From NCBI GenBank assembly GCA_964016885.1, contig OZ024740.1:285014001-285078000 (forward strand): DNA of 64,000 nucleotides, read 5' to 3'. The translations under genes and the position numbers were made by a program. Every line of letters begins with the position of its first letter. The first letter of the stretch is position 1. The notes under the pieces were generated by a model. That model did no database searches, had not been told where the DNA came from, and saw only the letters and a program-made list of their open reading frames with translations. The stretch is from Eledone cirrhosa. Taxonomy: Eukaryota. Shown here piece by piece: positions 50,930-64,000 of this stretch.

Positions 50930-53383
50930 CAGTTATTAGATGCAACATTTTTGGAATGTTTTACATATTTTTACTGTTCCATTAATGGATTGTACTTGTA
51001 ATTTCCTAACTAGTTGTGTTCTTTCTGTTCCTGTGAAGCCTAGCTTCTCAAGATTTGTATTGAGGCAGTTACTAACATACCCCAGTGCCCCAATAATCAC
51101 AGGCATAACTCTGAAGGTGTAATCAGGGTGGAGTATCTACAGATTTCTATCAGTTCTGCATAAATATTCTCCTTTTCGCTAATCTTTGATATTATATTGG
51201 CATCTGCTGGGCAGCTAACTTCCACTACTGTACATGCTTTCTTCTCCCTGTCCCATATCATAATATCTGGTCTGTTATGCCTGCATTTTATTGGGGTTTT
51301 TACTAGAACATTCCACCAGTACTCTTTCATATTATGTACATGGATGTCTTCCAGATTGCTGTAGCTTTTAATGTGTTTATTATCGGGGCTATCTTTTTTA
51401 CGGACTGCATTGTAAAGTGTTTTGGCCACTACATCATGCCTCATAGGTAGATAGTACCGTGATGACATCTTTGGACAGCTGCTGATGACATGGGTGATAT
51501 CCTCGATGTTAGTTCTGCAGAGTCTGCACTTGTTATCACATCTAGATGTTTTGCCTGCATCCCTATCTCTTTTGTGAATCAGGTATTTCGTGTTAATCTC
51601 CTGTTCTTGGATTGCAAAAGCGTATCCTTCAAAGTGGGAGCCAATATAGCGGTTATTGGTCCAAGATAGACTACTTTCCTTATCTATATTACCCTCCTCT
51701 GGAGCTTCCTGGCAACATATCCATGCATAATTTTTTGTTGATAAGCATGCAGTTTTTCATCCATGGATTCACTGCGATACTGCTGAGCGACTTCCCTGGG
51801 TGTGAGTTTTTGATTATCACACAAGGAATATCTCTCGAGGAGTTCCTTCCCAACTCTCATGATCTTATCTGTTTCATACAGATAGACTTGCTCGAGAAAC
51901 GGGCTCCTACGCTTCGAGGTTCGTAGATGTTGTCGGAGAGATATGATGCGACATTCAAATGTTGTCTGGACTGATGTTACGTTTCAAGTAAAGGCGGTCT
52001 ATGTCACTGTTGATGTGGAAGTTTCCAGTGTTGTTTAGTATTTTTCGAGTTCCAACATCAACTGCTCGGATTTCGTCTATCGTTCAATCGAGTATTCCAA
52101 ACGTTGGTGTTAGGAGAGGCACAGCAAACACATTGTGAGCCACTGTTTTGTTTTGCGTAGAGAGTTCCAATGACCAGATCTTTCTTAATCGAGTGTAGTA
52201 TTCCCTGGTTACGCATTCTTTATTACAGATACCATTATAGGATATGTTCTCATCTATCCCCATGTATCTGTAGCAGTCCTCATCAGATATTGGTGAAACA
52301 GTTAGGCCATTGATGACAATGTTGCTAGATTGGGTTGTTGTTTTTCCCCACTTTACAGTCATGTATGAGCATTTATCTTGGCCAAACTCCATTCCTATAT
52401 CCTTTGAGAATGTTGTAACCAGGTCAAGATTTTTCTTCATCCCATCCATGTTCTTGGCATAGAGTTTCAGATCTTCCACAAAGAAATTATGGGTTAGGTT
52501 CATATTTCTGTCCTCCTGTGAGCCAATGATGTATCCCTCACATTTCTTGAGCAGAAAGGACAAGGGGTCTTATGACAAGAATAATAATATCACAGAGAGA
52601 CTGTCCCCTGAAATATACCCCTGCAATATTTTATTTTATCAGTGAAAATAGAGTCCTCCCTCTCTGTCTTTAACCTTAGGATAGTAGCCCAAGAAGACAG
52701 CTTCTCTATGGATCTGACAATAATGTCTGGGACTTTAACAAGTTGGAGGGCCTCTATCATCCAAGAGTGGGGAACAGAATCGAAAGCTTTCCTGTAGTCC
52801 AGCCAGACTGTAGCCATATTCCTTCTAAGTTGTCGCACCTCCGATATCGCAGTTTTGTTGATTAGGAGATGTTCAGCACATCCCCAAACCCCTTTCTTTC
52901 CAGCTGCTTGTTCATCTGTGATGATGTTATTATTTTCACAGTGATCTTGGAGGAATAGGTTCAGGCAGGCTGTATACTTCTTATACATCAGGTTCTGGCT
53001 TGCAATGGGTCAGTAGTTTTTTGCCAAGTGGGTGTCTTTGTTCTTGGGGACCAGTAATGTTTGTGCTAATGTCAACCATTCTGGTATAAGTGTATCTCCC
53101 TTAAGAACTTGTTGGTAGAGGTCAGTAAGATACCTCCGATAGAATATCAGTTTTTTGTACCAGTAGCCGACAATCATGTCTCTTCCTGGTGTTTTCTTAT
53201 CTTGGAGTTTTCCTATCACAGTCTCAAGGGTACCCTCACTTATTTTGTATGTTTTTGTTGTAGTGTAGGAGCAACAGTTCTTTCGGATTTCTCTTAGCCA
53301 TCTTGGTTGAAATTCTTCTTTTCACCCCATATTTTGTTCCAAAAGAAATCTATGTCTTTCAGGGATGGGGCCTCAGTGAAACT
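50930..53383 (-). mobile_element. R4/Dong-clade LINE (RT, CCHC and restriction-like endonuclease), disrupted
   Basis: KTPGRDMI.GYWYK, WLDYRKAFDSVPHSW, RGIFQG, FG.DKC, CRLC..IEDITHVISSC, RHDVVAK and NRPDI..D......VEVSCP. Confidence 0.9.
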
Positions 53384-54388
53384 TATGTATGTATGTAACC
53401 CAGTACAACTTGTTGCACGGTTGGGTCGCCAGCGACTAAACCGGCAATGCCACCCAGTTTACTTGGTGAGGAGGGCGATTTTGGACACCCTGCAGAGCAA
53501 AAAACAAAACCTGACAAAGGGCGGAAGAACTCATAAGAATCAACGGCCATCCAAAGGTTTGTAAAAATGTATATACACATGTACTGCGCGGTTAAACCAC
53601 TGGGAGTGAAGGACCCCTAGCTTTTGTCAGGGCATTCTTCTAGGAGAAGGCAACTCAGGAAACTGGGATAACTCTGATATAAAACCTGCGGCTCAGTAGT
53701 TACCGATGATGTTGATCTTTTCTTCTTTTCGGGTTATAGTTACTGTCGCTCAGAGAGTGGGATTGGCTCAGTGCACAGTTTTTCCTCACTTTAAAAAATA
53801 TCTTCACGCACAGGCATTGCATGATAGAATTAATTAATAATTATTAATAATAGTATATCGTGCAATGGCCATACTCGATAACGAGGGGACAGCCATCATC
53901 ATGTATGTATGTATGTAAAAAAACCTTCAAAGCACAGGCATTGCTTGTTCAAGATCTGTTACAGGTTCGTGTCGCTGGCTGTAGCCTAAAAGTGCACCAT
54001 TTTCTGTAATGTAACAAGCGATTGCAATACTCTGAGCAGAGTTTGCAACCATCATATATACATATATACACACATGCACATATATACATAGACCTATGTA
54101 AGTTTATGTATATATACATATCTTGAATTTTTCTACCAAAATTTCAAATACCTTCAAATTTAACAGAAAATTCATAGTTTGTCAGATATTGTTTCAGTGG
54201 GATATAGAGGCTGAAAAACATTAAAAGAGATCCTGAGACAATATTAGAGGATTTCTCTTTTTGTTCCTAAAATTGTGTTATCAAACTATTAGAAATTTAA
54301 AAAATACATTCACAAACACACATGCAAATAGACAACTATATATATTTCTATGTGTTTGTATACATATGTGTGTGTGTGTTTGTTTATA

Positions 54389-55421
54389 TACGAGGGTGAG
54401 TTGAAAAGTTCATAGGCTTACTATGAAAGAGTGATGCTAGAGCTGTGAAATCTTGCATGCATTAATTTCAACTCTCATTAATAACTGTTTCTACTTTAGG
54501 CACAAGGCCAGCAATTACCCAGTGCATTACTGGTACTTTATTTTATCGACCCCGTAAGGATGAAAGGCAAAGTCAGCCGCGGCGGGATTTGAACTCAGAT
54601 CGTAAAGGGACGTAACTATGCTGGAAAGCATGGTGTCCGACCCTCTACCGATACTGACAATCCACCGCCATACTCTCATTAATAACGGAATTGTTTTGTT
54701 CCGAATAAACTGACATCTGACTGATCAAATAAGACTTCAAAAGTAACTTGTAGCAACTTCTCTTGAAAATGGACAAAATTTGGCATTGTGGTGTTATCAA
54801 GTACCGGCAGAAAAAAGCTTTAGCTCCCCTAAGGACATTCGTGCTGACATGGTTTCTACACCTTCTCCAGAGAAGGCCATGGTCGTTTCATCTGCAGGGA
54901 AGGTGATGGCTTCAGTTTTTTTGGATGCAAAAGGCATTGTATTTACTGACTATCTTCAAAAGAGTCACACCATCAATGGAGAGTACTCTGGCAACTTGCC
55001 AAGACAGTTATGAAAGGCTATCGAGACTAAACACCCAGGAAAACTGATGAAAGAGGGTCTTGTTTCATAAGAACAATTTTCCAGCACACAAGTCCTTCGT
55101 TTGAATGGCTGCTGTGAGTGACTGTGGCTTTGAACTGGTTGATCGCCCTTTCTCCTGATTTTATCCCATCTGACTATCAACCATTCCTTAACATGAAAAA
55201 AACACTTGGCTGGGAACCAGTATCACGGTGATGATGATGACTTTTTTTACCAACAGGATGAAAGCTTCTTCATCAATAAGATCCAAGCATTGCAACACCG
55301 ATGGAAGAAGTGTGTGGACCACAAAGTGAACTACGTTGAAAAATAAACCGCATTTGGTAATATTTCATCAGTTCCATAAGAGTACCTTAGTCAGTCTATG
55401 AACTTTTCAGCTGATCCTCGT
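54389..55421 (+). mobile_element. Mariner transposon, internally deleted and decayed; SINE inserted at 54486-54671
   Basis: TIRs tacgagggtgagttgaaaagttcatag / ctatgaacttttcagctgatcctcgt; AGKVMASVFLDAKGI.F.DYL....TING.Y and SPDL.PSD; SINE TSD actctcattaataac (54471-54485 / 54672-54686). Confidence 0.9.
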
Positions 55422-56801
55422 GTATATATATATATACACGCACATGCATGTGTGTGTGTGTGTATGTATGCGTGTGTGTCTATATATATATGTACATGTG
55501 TGTGTATGTCTCTGTGTGTGTAAGCATGTGTGTGTGTTTAAATGTCTGTATCTGGCAATGGAGAGTAGAAATGGTAGAGCATTAGAAAAAATGACCTTGT
55601 GTTATTTGATTATCTTATTATGTGCTGAATTGAAATCATGTACATGTCCACTACACTTTTCAGTCTTTCTGCATTGATAAAATACATAATAGTCCAGTTC
55701 TTGTATCAACACTACCAACTGTTCTCTTGAAGTGGATGCCTCAGCATGACCCTAGTTCAATGACTGAAATCAGTAAAAGATTAAAAGAATATATTTTTGT
55801 TTATTTTAAAATATAATCTTTGCGAAAATGTAATCTTCTTCCTGTATAAACTAGAGATTGATTAAATAATTTTAGAAATGTTCGTTTTATGTTTTAGTTC
55901 ATATCCATTAAAGAGTAAGAGAAATGTATAAGTTCTTAAGTACTTACATATTATTAGTTATAGGTGTTAAAAGTGAAAATAAAGTACTGATCCAATTTGG
56001 GTTTTCTTAGTCTGTTAATAGAGGGATCATGCATTGAATCCATCAAAGGAAGTCAAAGAGATGTTAACCTACCATTCACTGGTATTACATTGATCCATGT
56101 TCAAAGCACTAAACTTCCAAATGATTCAATCCACTTTGTAAATAATCATTAAGTGAAAATAATCTTGCCCTCTGCTGTTTAATGAAACAATAGTTAGCTT
56201 ACACAGTAAATTTGAATTAAATTTCTTTTTAAAGGTCTTCAACATACATATTACATATGTATTTCAGTTACTGTCATATCTAGGATTAATCAGAATGGCA
56301 TAGATTCAATATTATCAACATTTAGAAATTTATAAAGAGGATTTGTCACTAGCCTAGTGATGTATATATGTTTTTTTGAAAAATTATTATTTAAACTATA
56401 ATATTAGAGGTCATATTTTAAAGAAAACAATGTCTTATAGACAATCCAATTAATTTTGTAGCTTATGTATTGTGGAGAAAATCTTAATTTTAAAACAGAA
56501 TACTAAAGACTTAAATATGCATACTGAGCCAATTTTTTCATGTGAAAATACTTTCTTAGATACCATAATGGTATTCTATCAACTGTATCCTGAACTACTA
56601 ATAAAACATGACAGATTTTCTTTATAAAAGCATATTTAAAATTTTAACTGAAGTAATAGCATTAGAGTAACCATAGAGAAGTCTTTGTGCTTTTCATAAC
56701 AATTACATATAAAATAAGTTAAATTTTCTTCCTATAATGGTACATTCACACAAAACAACATTAAAATATCTAAAATGAGAATTGTGCAGATTAGGTAATT
56801 T

Positions 56802-56930
<129 letters not shown>

Positions 56931-57771
56931 AACTCCATGATACTACTCACTTTATTTGAACCTCAGTAGCTTATGAGTTTTCTAATAGAAGTTGCTAGTT
57001 CCTCACTTAACCCTTCCCTACGAGTGGTCTCCTATAGCCCTTCTTATGGTGTATGTGTGAGAGAGAGAGAGTGAGAAAAGGAGAGTAGGAGAGACCGAGA
57101 AAGATAATATATATATACGCAGTTGGTACCACAGGGCCTACCTGGTAATAATACCTGAAGGGACACACGATAATGATACTTCAAGTTGAATGGGAATATG
57201 TGATATCCAACTACTAATATACACATGTGTGTGTACTAATATACACATGTGTATGTATGTGTGTGTGTACATCTGTGTGAGTGTGTGTGCCTGTATGTTC
57301 ATAATTATATGAACTGTGATGTTAACTCATGGTTCAGAAGTTTGTGTTTTATTTAATTTCAGGCATGTAAACAGAGCCAGGCTGTTTCTTCTTATTTGAA
57401 ATTGTCAAACTGGAAAATAGGTAGCTAAACAGTCCATATGTGAAAAGTTAACCTGCAATAGATTACCTCATGAGTAAACAAATTAACAGCTTACCATGCA
57501 ACAAAGACAGAATATAAATAGGTTAATAAAATCATATTTTGTATTTTTTAATAACTAATCCGGAAACAAAATTTCTTTTAACCCTAACACACATACATAA
57601 ATACACATGGCTGCACATGCATGCATGCATGCATATACACATACACATACAGAAATGAGATGGGAGGAGAGAGAAAAGGGAAAGATTGAGAGAGACAGTC
57701 ATCTAGATGTTTCATTCAGTTTTGTTATCTATCAATGATCCAAGAACTCTGCACTTTGTCAATAGTTATAC

Positions 57772-57973
57772 CAGACCTGCCAACCTCTAAAAACCCAATT
57801 GGGGAGTACCATGAAAAAAGTGCCCCAAAACGAGGAGAAATGAGGCAAAATAGGAAGATTTTATATAATGAAAGCTATACCCATTTTCACAAGAGAAGAC
57901 ATCTCTCATCCACCCTAAAGTTTTTTTTGGAGGTGGGGGATTTCACATCAGACAGGGAGAGTTGACGGGTCAG
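57772..57973. mobile_element. hAT-like MITE
   Basis: Termini cagacctgccaac / gttgacgggtcag, flanked on both sides by gttatac. Confidence 0.5.
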
Positions 57974-59497
57974 GTTATACTCCTTTGCAGAGTATATCTT
58001 TGAAAAATATCTGGCTTTCAAAATAAGCAACTTATGCAGCCACTTAGTGCAGATGATAATGAAAAGTATTTTTCTTTCTTTATTCAAAAACTCTTTAGTC
58101 CTGTTTTGTGGAGGTTTGGGTTTTTTATATTTCTATCTATATCCTCACACAACAGAAGAGAAATAACTTGCTTTATCAGCACAGATCACTGCTGGAGTCT
58201 GTCTCTTTCAATAGCATAATGCACAATTACTGTATCTCACCCTCTCTACTGTTGGACAACTCACAATTTTAGCCCTGAAGCTTGTTACAAATGCTAGACC
58301 TCACAATCACCAATAATCTTTTTCTAACAACACCACATTCATAACATAGCTAAAACTGCAACCCAAAGACTTACCTTATACTTTAGCTCTGCATTATCCT
58401 TTAGCCTATACAAAACACAAGTATGATCTAAATGAAATACAAATTGCAAATGTTACAACTGCTATGCATACAAACATTCTAGAGTAGATATAAACAGTTG
58501 TATGACTAAGCAGCAAAGACATATTCCCCAACATATTACAACCTCTGTCTCACAGTATTCTACTGCTACTACAATGGTTTTCGTTCCTTTGAACTAATTG
58601 CATACCACCTCCAACTAGTCACCCCTACTGTGTCACTCCCATCTCCTACAGGCCTTACTCTAATTACTTTTATCAATCCTTTCTCCCCCAAATGTTAACC
58701 TCTCTGGAATTCCCAAAACACTCCACTCACATTTTTCTAGCAGATATTGACTTACAGATGTTCACATTGAACATTAACTACATCAGTCTCCTAAATCTCA
58801 AAAGGCCTGTACTACACTTGTTCTCTGGTTAAGCTGTTAAACATGTTCACATTTGATGCATTTTTTCTTGAGGTAATGGTTATAGTGTTAGGATAGTGAT
58901 ATAATTTAGCCATCGCTACAATTTAATTCAAGTTTACCAATCACTAAAACAAAACATACATCTAAATAATTCAACCCTTTAGCATTTATATTACTCTATA
59001 TTTACTCTTGTATTTTCATAGTAAAGGCTTTACCTCAAATAATTACCTCACATAAATTTAATCTATGAAGTACCAGTAATGTACTGAGTAATTGCTGGCC
59101 TTGTGCCAAAAGTAGAAACAATAATATTTCATCTATGAAATTTTGATATTATTAATTTTGAGAACAATACCTTAACATCAGTATGAGGGGCTGATTTTGG
59201 CTGTTTTGAACAGAAAGAGGTGAGAGAATCTTGCCAGATACAGCCAGTTTAAATGCTAAAGGGTTAATAGTTGTGACTAGAGATAGTAGGAAAGTGAGAT
59301 TTAAGTTCTTTAAAAATGACTTAAATGGATTAGACAAAGATCATTACTTTTAGTGTCAGAATAACAAAGAAATATTTCACAATTAAATATACATGTCAGC
59401 CTAACAATTACAAGAAAGCAGAATGGAAAAAAAAAAGTATACAAAAATATGCATGGATAAGGATTAAAAAGGGGTTTTCAGACAGAGTGTGCAGATA

Positions 59498-60641
59498 TCT
59501 CCTTATAATATATAACCAGCAATTTCTCTGTTTGTCTATCTGTCCGACAGTGGAAACACGTGCGCGCGTGCGAATGTTTTTTGCGCACGCGTAGAGAGAG
59601 AGTGAGAGTGAAAGAAAGAGACAGACTACGAGAGGGGGATAGCGGGAGGGAGAGAGGGAGAGAGAGAGAGTGAATAGACGCTAAAACACGTGCGCGCGTG
59701 CAAATGTTTTTTGCGCACGCGTAGAGAGAGAGTGAGAGTGAAAGAAAGAGACAGACTACAAGAGGGGGATAGCGAGAGGGAGAGAGGGGGGAATTGAGGA
59801 GTGCTACAGAAACATATATACATTTCTGTGTGTGTGTAATATATATATATATATACACACACAGAAATATATATATGTACACACAGAAATATATATACAT
59901 TTCTGTGTGTGTAATATATATATATATACACACAGAAATATATATACATTTCTGTGTGTGTAATATATATATATACTAGCAGAAAACCACCCGGTGGGCG
60001 GTTTTCTGCTAGTCTATATATATAAAACTGAGGATGTCTGTCTGTGTGTGTGTGTGTCTATGAGTTTGAATCCCTAAAACTTGAGAAGTACCCAACCGAT
60101 TTTTTTCAAACTTTACATGTATATTACTTATGTTTCAGGGAGTGTTATGCACATAAAATTCAACTTTTTGATCTCCTAGGGCCCGCATTAGGTGAAAAAC
60201 TGCATTTTTTCAGTTTTTTAGGGGTTTTTTGAGGTGTTACGTCAGACCAATTTCCTTGAAATTATAACTATGTATTAGTCAGTCTCTTCTTCATACCGTG
60301 AGCAAAGAAAATCCAACTTTTTTATGGCCTAGGGCCCGCATTAGGTGAAAATCTTCATTTTTTCAGCTTTTTAGGGCTTTTTTGAGGCGTTACGTCTAAC
60401 CAATTTTCCCGAAATTTCAAGGCATATTATGCACATAAAAAAAATTCATTTTCTTGATCCCCTAGGGCCTGGCATTTTTCCTGCTTCATCGAGGAAAATC
60501 TTAAAGATTATCCAGCCATCAGAGTATTCAGCTTATTTTCTTTACATATTGTCCAGGCATGCAGTTTTTCCACGATTGGGTCTGTTGGCGGCCCGCGTTC
60601 CAAAATACCTTATCCTGTGCAACGCCGGGTACCACTGCTAG
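59498..60641 (+). mobile_element. Two abutting non-autonomous Helitrons (59498-60012 and 60013-60641)
   Basis: A|TC starts; ends with GC hairpin + CTAG (..ggttttctgCTAG; ..caacgccgggtaccactgCTAG|T). Confidence 0.7.
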
Positions 60642-61442
60642 TAAGTGATAAACATGAAAGCATATATTGTTAAAAGGTTTATGATGGTAATTACAGCAAG
60701 TAATTGCTAATTGCATAAAGTAAGTGACAAATATGATGTGCATTGGACTTCCAATTGAAATCTCAATTTTCATTCTCTTTCATGTTTACTTTATGTATCT
60801 GCAAACCATTAATTTCTTTAAAGGAATGTAAATACGTTATTACCATTCAATTCTAATTTGCCCATCACCAAAACAAAATTAAATACAGGTAATTTAATGT
60901 AAACAATAATAATAATTATTATAATACTAATAATAATAGTAATAATAATAATGCTTTTTTATTAACCACAAGGGTTTACACAAAGTAGACATTAAGGACA
61001 GTACAGGACAAAACAGGATGGTACAAAAGGGCATTTCTGCGTGTAAAAAACAAAAAAAAAACAGAGGATGTAATAATAGAACAATGAAAAATTCCCCAAT
61101 AGGGGGGGGGGGGGAGAGACTTCCGAGGGCCATCGTGGAGAAAGCCCATTAAAAAAAGCCACGGTGACCCTGACCACCAGGGCAATTGTCCTCTCCCAGT
61201 TTTCCACCTTTAATTTACAGACATATACTCAGAGTAGGTCCACTCACTCGGGCCATTCTTGCCTCTCTCACCCATCTTTCAACAAAAAGCTGGAAAGAGA
61301 GCAGCTCCCTCTCTACCCTGATTTTTCTTTTCAAATGAAATTGGAAAAAGTTAATCAGGGTATCACCGAAGAGGTAAGTGCTCATCTTCAGCCCTTTCAG
61401 ACACGTCCACCATACTATAGTAATAATAGTAATAATAGTAAT

Positions 61443-62165
61443 AATTGTTTCTACTTTTGGCACAAGGCCAGCAATTAGCCAGTACATTACTGGTACTTTA
61501 TTTTATCGACCCCGTAAGGATGGCAGGCAAAGTTAATGTCGGCAGAATTTGACCTTAGTAATAATAGTAATAATAATTGTTTTAACTTTAGGCACAAGGC
61601 CAGCAATTACTCAGTGCATTACTGGTACTTTATTTTATTGACCCCGTAAGGATGAAAGGCAAAGTCAACCTCGGCGGGATTTGAACTCAGACTGTAAAGG
61701 GACGTAACTATGCTCGAAAGCATGGCGTCTGACCCTCTACCGATACTGTCAATCCACCACCCAATATAATAATAATAATACCTCCTGTTAAGAGAGGGAA
61801 GGAAGTAGTGCCACTACACATGACTAGAAACGAGGAAGTCACCAAAAGATATAAATAGACTGATTTAGTGACTTGGTCAAACAGCTAACAACAACACCAT
61901 AATAATTATTGCTGTTGTATCTCTAAACTCTCTCAAAATGTTTAGTTTAAATGATGTCAAATCTTAATAATAATAATTGTTTGTACTTTGGGCACAAGGC
62001 CAGCAATTATCCCAGTGTATTACTGGTACTTTATTTTATCAACCCCGTAAGGATGAAAGGCAAAGTTAACCTCGGCGGGATTTGAACTCAGACCATAAAG
62101 GGCCGTAACTCTTTGCTATAAAGCACGGCGTCAGACCCTCTACCGATACTGCCAATCCACCACCT
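61443..62165 (-). mobile_element. Cluster of three family A SINEs in (TAA)-rich sequence
   Basis: Copies at ~61443-61553, 61574-61762 and 61975-62165. Confidence 0.85.
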
Positions 62166-62394
62166 TTTAATAATAATAATGATAAGCAACAAGTCGAAAA
62201 ATTACAGTACAGAACACAGACAAAACAAAAACAAACGCAACAGCAAAAGAAAAACAAATTTCAAAAGGTTTGAACGCAACAACCCCTACTTTCCTCATAG
62301 CTAAAATCAAAAACAGCAGCAGCAACAACAACAACACTAGTAACCAATGTTACTGGCCTTGAAAAGTTTTTATCTATTTATTTGTTTATGTTCG

Positions 62395-64000
62395 TCTACA
62401 GCGTGATGGTGCCACGCTAAAATCACCGGTGGTTATGTAACCATACATTCACCAATCCTCGATATGAGGGTTTAAATGTCGAACCTAAACAGTTCGAATA
62501 ATGGTGAAAAAGAGACTGGAACATCATGTGAAAGACTTTCACCCAGCAAGTGCTCCCTAGCCCAGCAGCAGGGACCTGGCTGTCATCCAAATACTGCTGG
62601 TGTTGGAGGAAGAAGAAGAAGGAAAGGGACAAGAACCAACTGGGCGAAAGAATTAAATAGAACTGTCATGAAATGCTACCTAAAGATTAACCCCATGGAA
62701 AAAGGCTATAGGAAATGGATGCATAACATCTGGAATGAGGTTGGTCTATTTAAATTAGATGAACAAAAATTGGCCGGGCAGGCTCGGGTAATAAGAACTA
62801 ATGGATGGAGCGAGTTGGAACTGGAGGAACTGAGCAGAAAGATTAAGTTGGAAATGGAGAGTGGAGTATGTCAGGCAAACGAGCCAGTGGGAAATGAAGG
62901 CGAAGAAGTTGAGAGACCTGAGGAAGCATCCGAAGCAGACAATGATCTGAATGCTGAAATAAATAACATCTGGAACAAAGATATAGCCATTGAGGAAATG
63001 AATGCTGACGGGCTAGGACAAGATATGGTTGATATCCTGAACTTAGTGGTAGATGAAATGAACAATGATAGTGGAAAACCTATGAACCTAAGATTTGTAG
63101 ACAGGAAAAAGTTAAAAGAAACAACAGCTAAGGTAAACAAAGTCATCTCATACCTTGAGGCGAGGAACCTTCACCAATGCAACAATATCCTCAAAGCAAC
63201 CGCAAATGCGGTGAGGAAATTACTTGGCATAAAAACGAGAGGAAACAACAAACAAGAAAGATCAGAACCTTGGTGGAAGAAACAACTGAATGGTCAAATC
63301 AAGGAAATGAGAAAAGACATTGGAAAGCTTGAGTCCTTACTGAATGGGACATTACAAAACATAGACACTAAAGATAGATTGGAAATAAAATACAAAACTA
63401 GGGGTAAAAAGCTAAATATTATCATAGAGGAACTGAAGCAACGCATTGTAGCAAAGAGTGCAAAGATTAGGCGGTATGAGAACAGAGTCAGTCAGTATTG
63501 ACAGAACTGCATGTTTGACAACAACCAGAAGATATTGTTTGGGCAGCTTGAAGGGAAAGAAAGAGGCAATGACTTATCCCTGAGGCGGAACAGACTAAGA
63601 CATTCTGGAGAGGAATATGGGAGCAGGATGTTGAACATAATGGTCAGGCAGTGTGGATTGAAACAGTTCAAAAGGAGATTAGTAAACAGGCACACCAACA
63701 ACCTGATTTGAGTATCACAGTTGAAACTCTTAAGGGGCAGGCCAAAAAACTAACCAACTGGAAATCACCAGGCCCAGATGGTGTGCAAGGGTATTGGATT
63801 AAAAACATAACATCCCTCCACCCGAAACTGACAACCATGTTCAATGACTGCTTGATGTTGGGTGAGGTACCAGAGTGGTTGACAAAAGGTACCACATTTC
63901 TAGTAATGAAAGACCGAATCAAGGGTAATGATGTTACCAACTATAGGCCCATCACATGTCTGTCCGTAATGTGGAAACTTTTAACAAGCATTGTGTCTGA
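62395..64000 (+). mobile_element. R4/Dong-clade LINE 5' portion (ORF 62476-63501, then broken; runs off the window)
   Basis: W..E.N..VM.CY..GYRK.M..IW..EQKLA.Q.R.I N-terminal domain, PWWKK, RRY..R..QY.QN.MF..NQK, NWKSPGPDGVQGYWIK and NYRPITCLS.MWKL. Confidence 0.88.

Noticed and set aside
57363-57420. Possible plus-strand micro-exon (tttcag|GCATGT...ATAG|gtagct)
   Set aside because: Short, weak donor and no recognisable peptide

Overview
This is AT-rich, repeat-dominated eukaryotic DNA, not prokaryotic. The SINE and LINE families and the long (TA)n/(CA)n tracts look molluscan, most like octopus, which is an inference. No intact host gene is evident; there is only one weak candidate exon at 12.9-13.3 kb. 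Almost all ORFs in the track are microsatellite artefacts or decayed transposon frames. Contents: RTE, CR1/L2, L1/Tx1 and R4/Dong LINE remnants; many tRNA-derived SINEs; a mariner remnant with its MITEs; a hAT transposase remnant; TTAA (piggyBac-type) MITEs; a ~2-kb 56-bp satellite; and a defective Rep/Helicase Helitron (30551-36588) followed head-to-tail by two deletion derivatives. The most notable unannotated signal is a set of type-I hammerhead ribozyme motifs read directly from the sequence. Two lie 342 nt apart in a tandem repeat (771-816 and 1113-1158, minus strand), with a compensatory helix-I change and a structured spacer, which is a retrozyme/Penelope-pLTR-like unit. Two more have intact cores at 5628-5698 and 5886-5966. 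Several decayed ones sit inside long palindromes.
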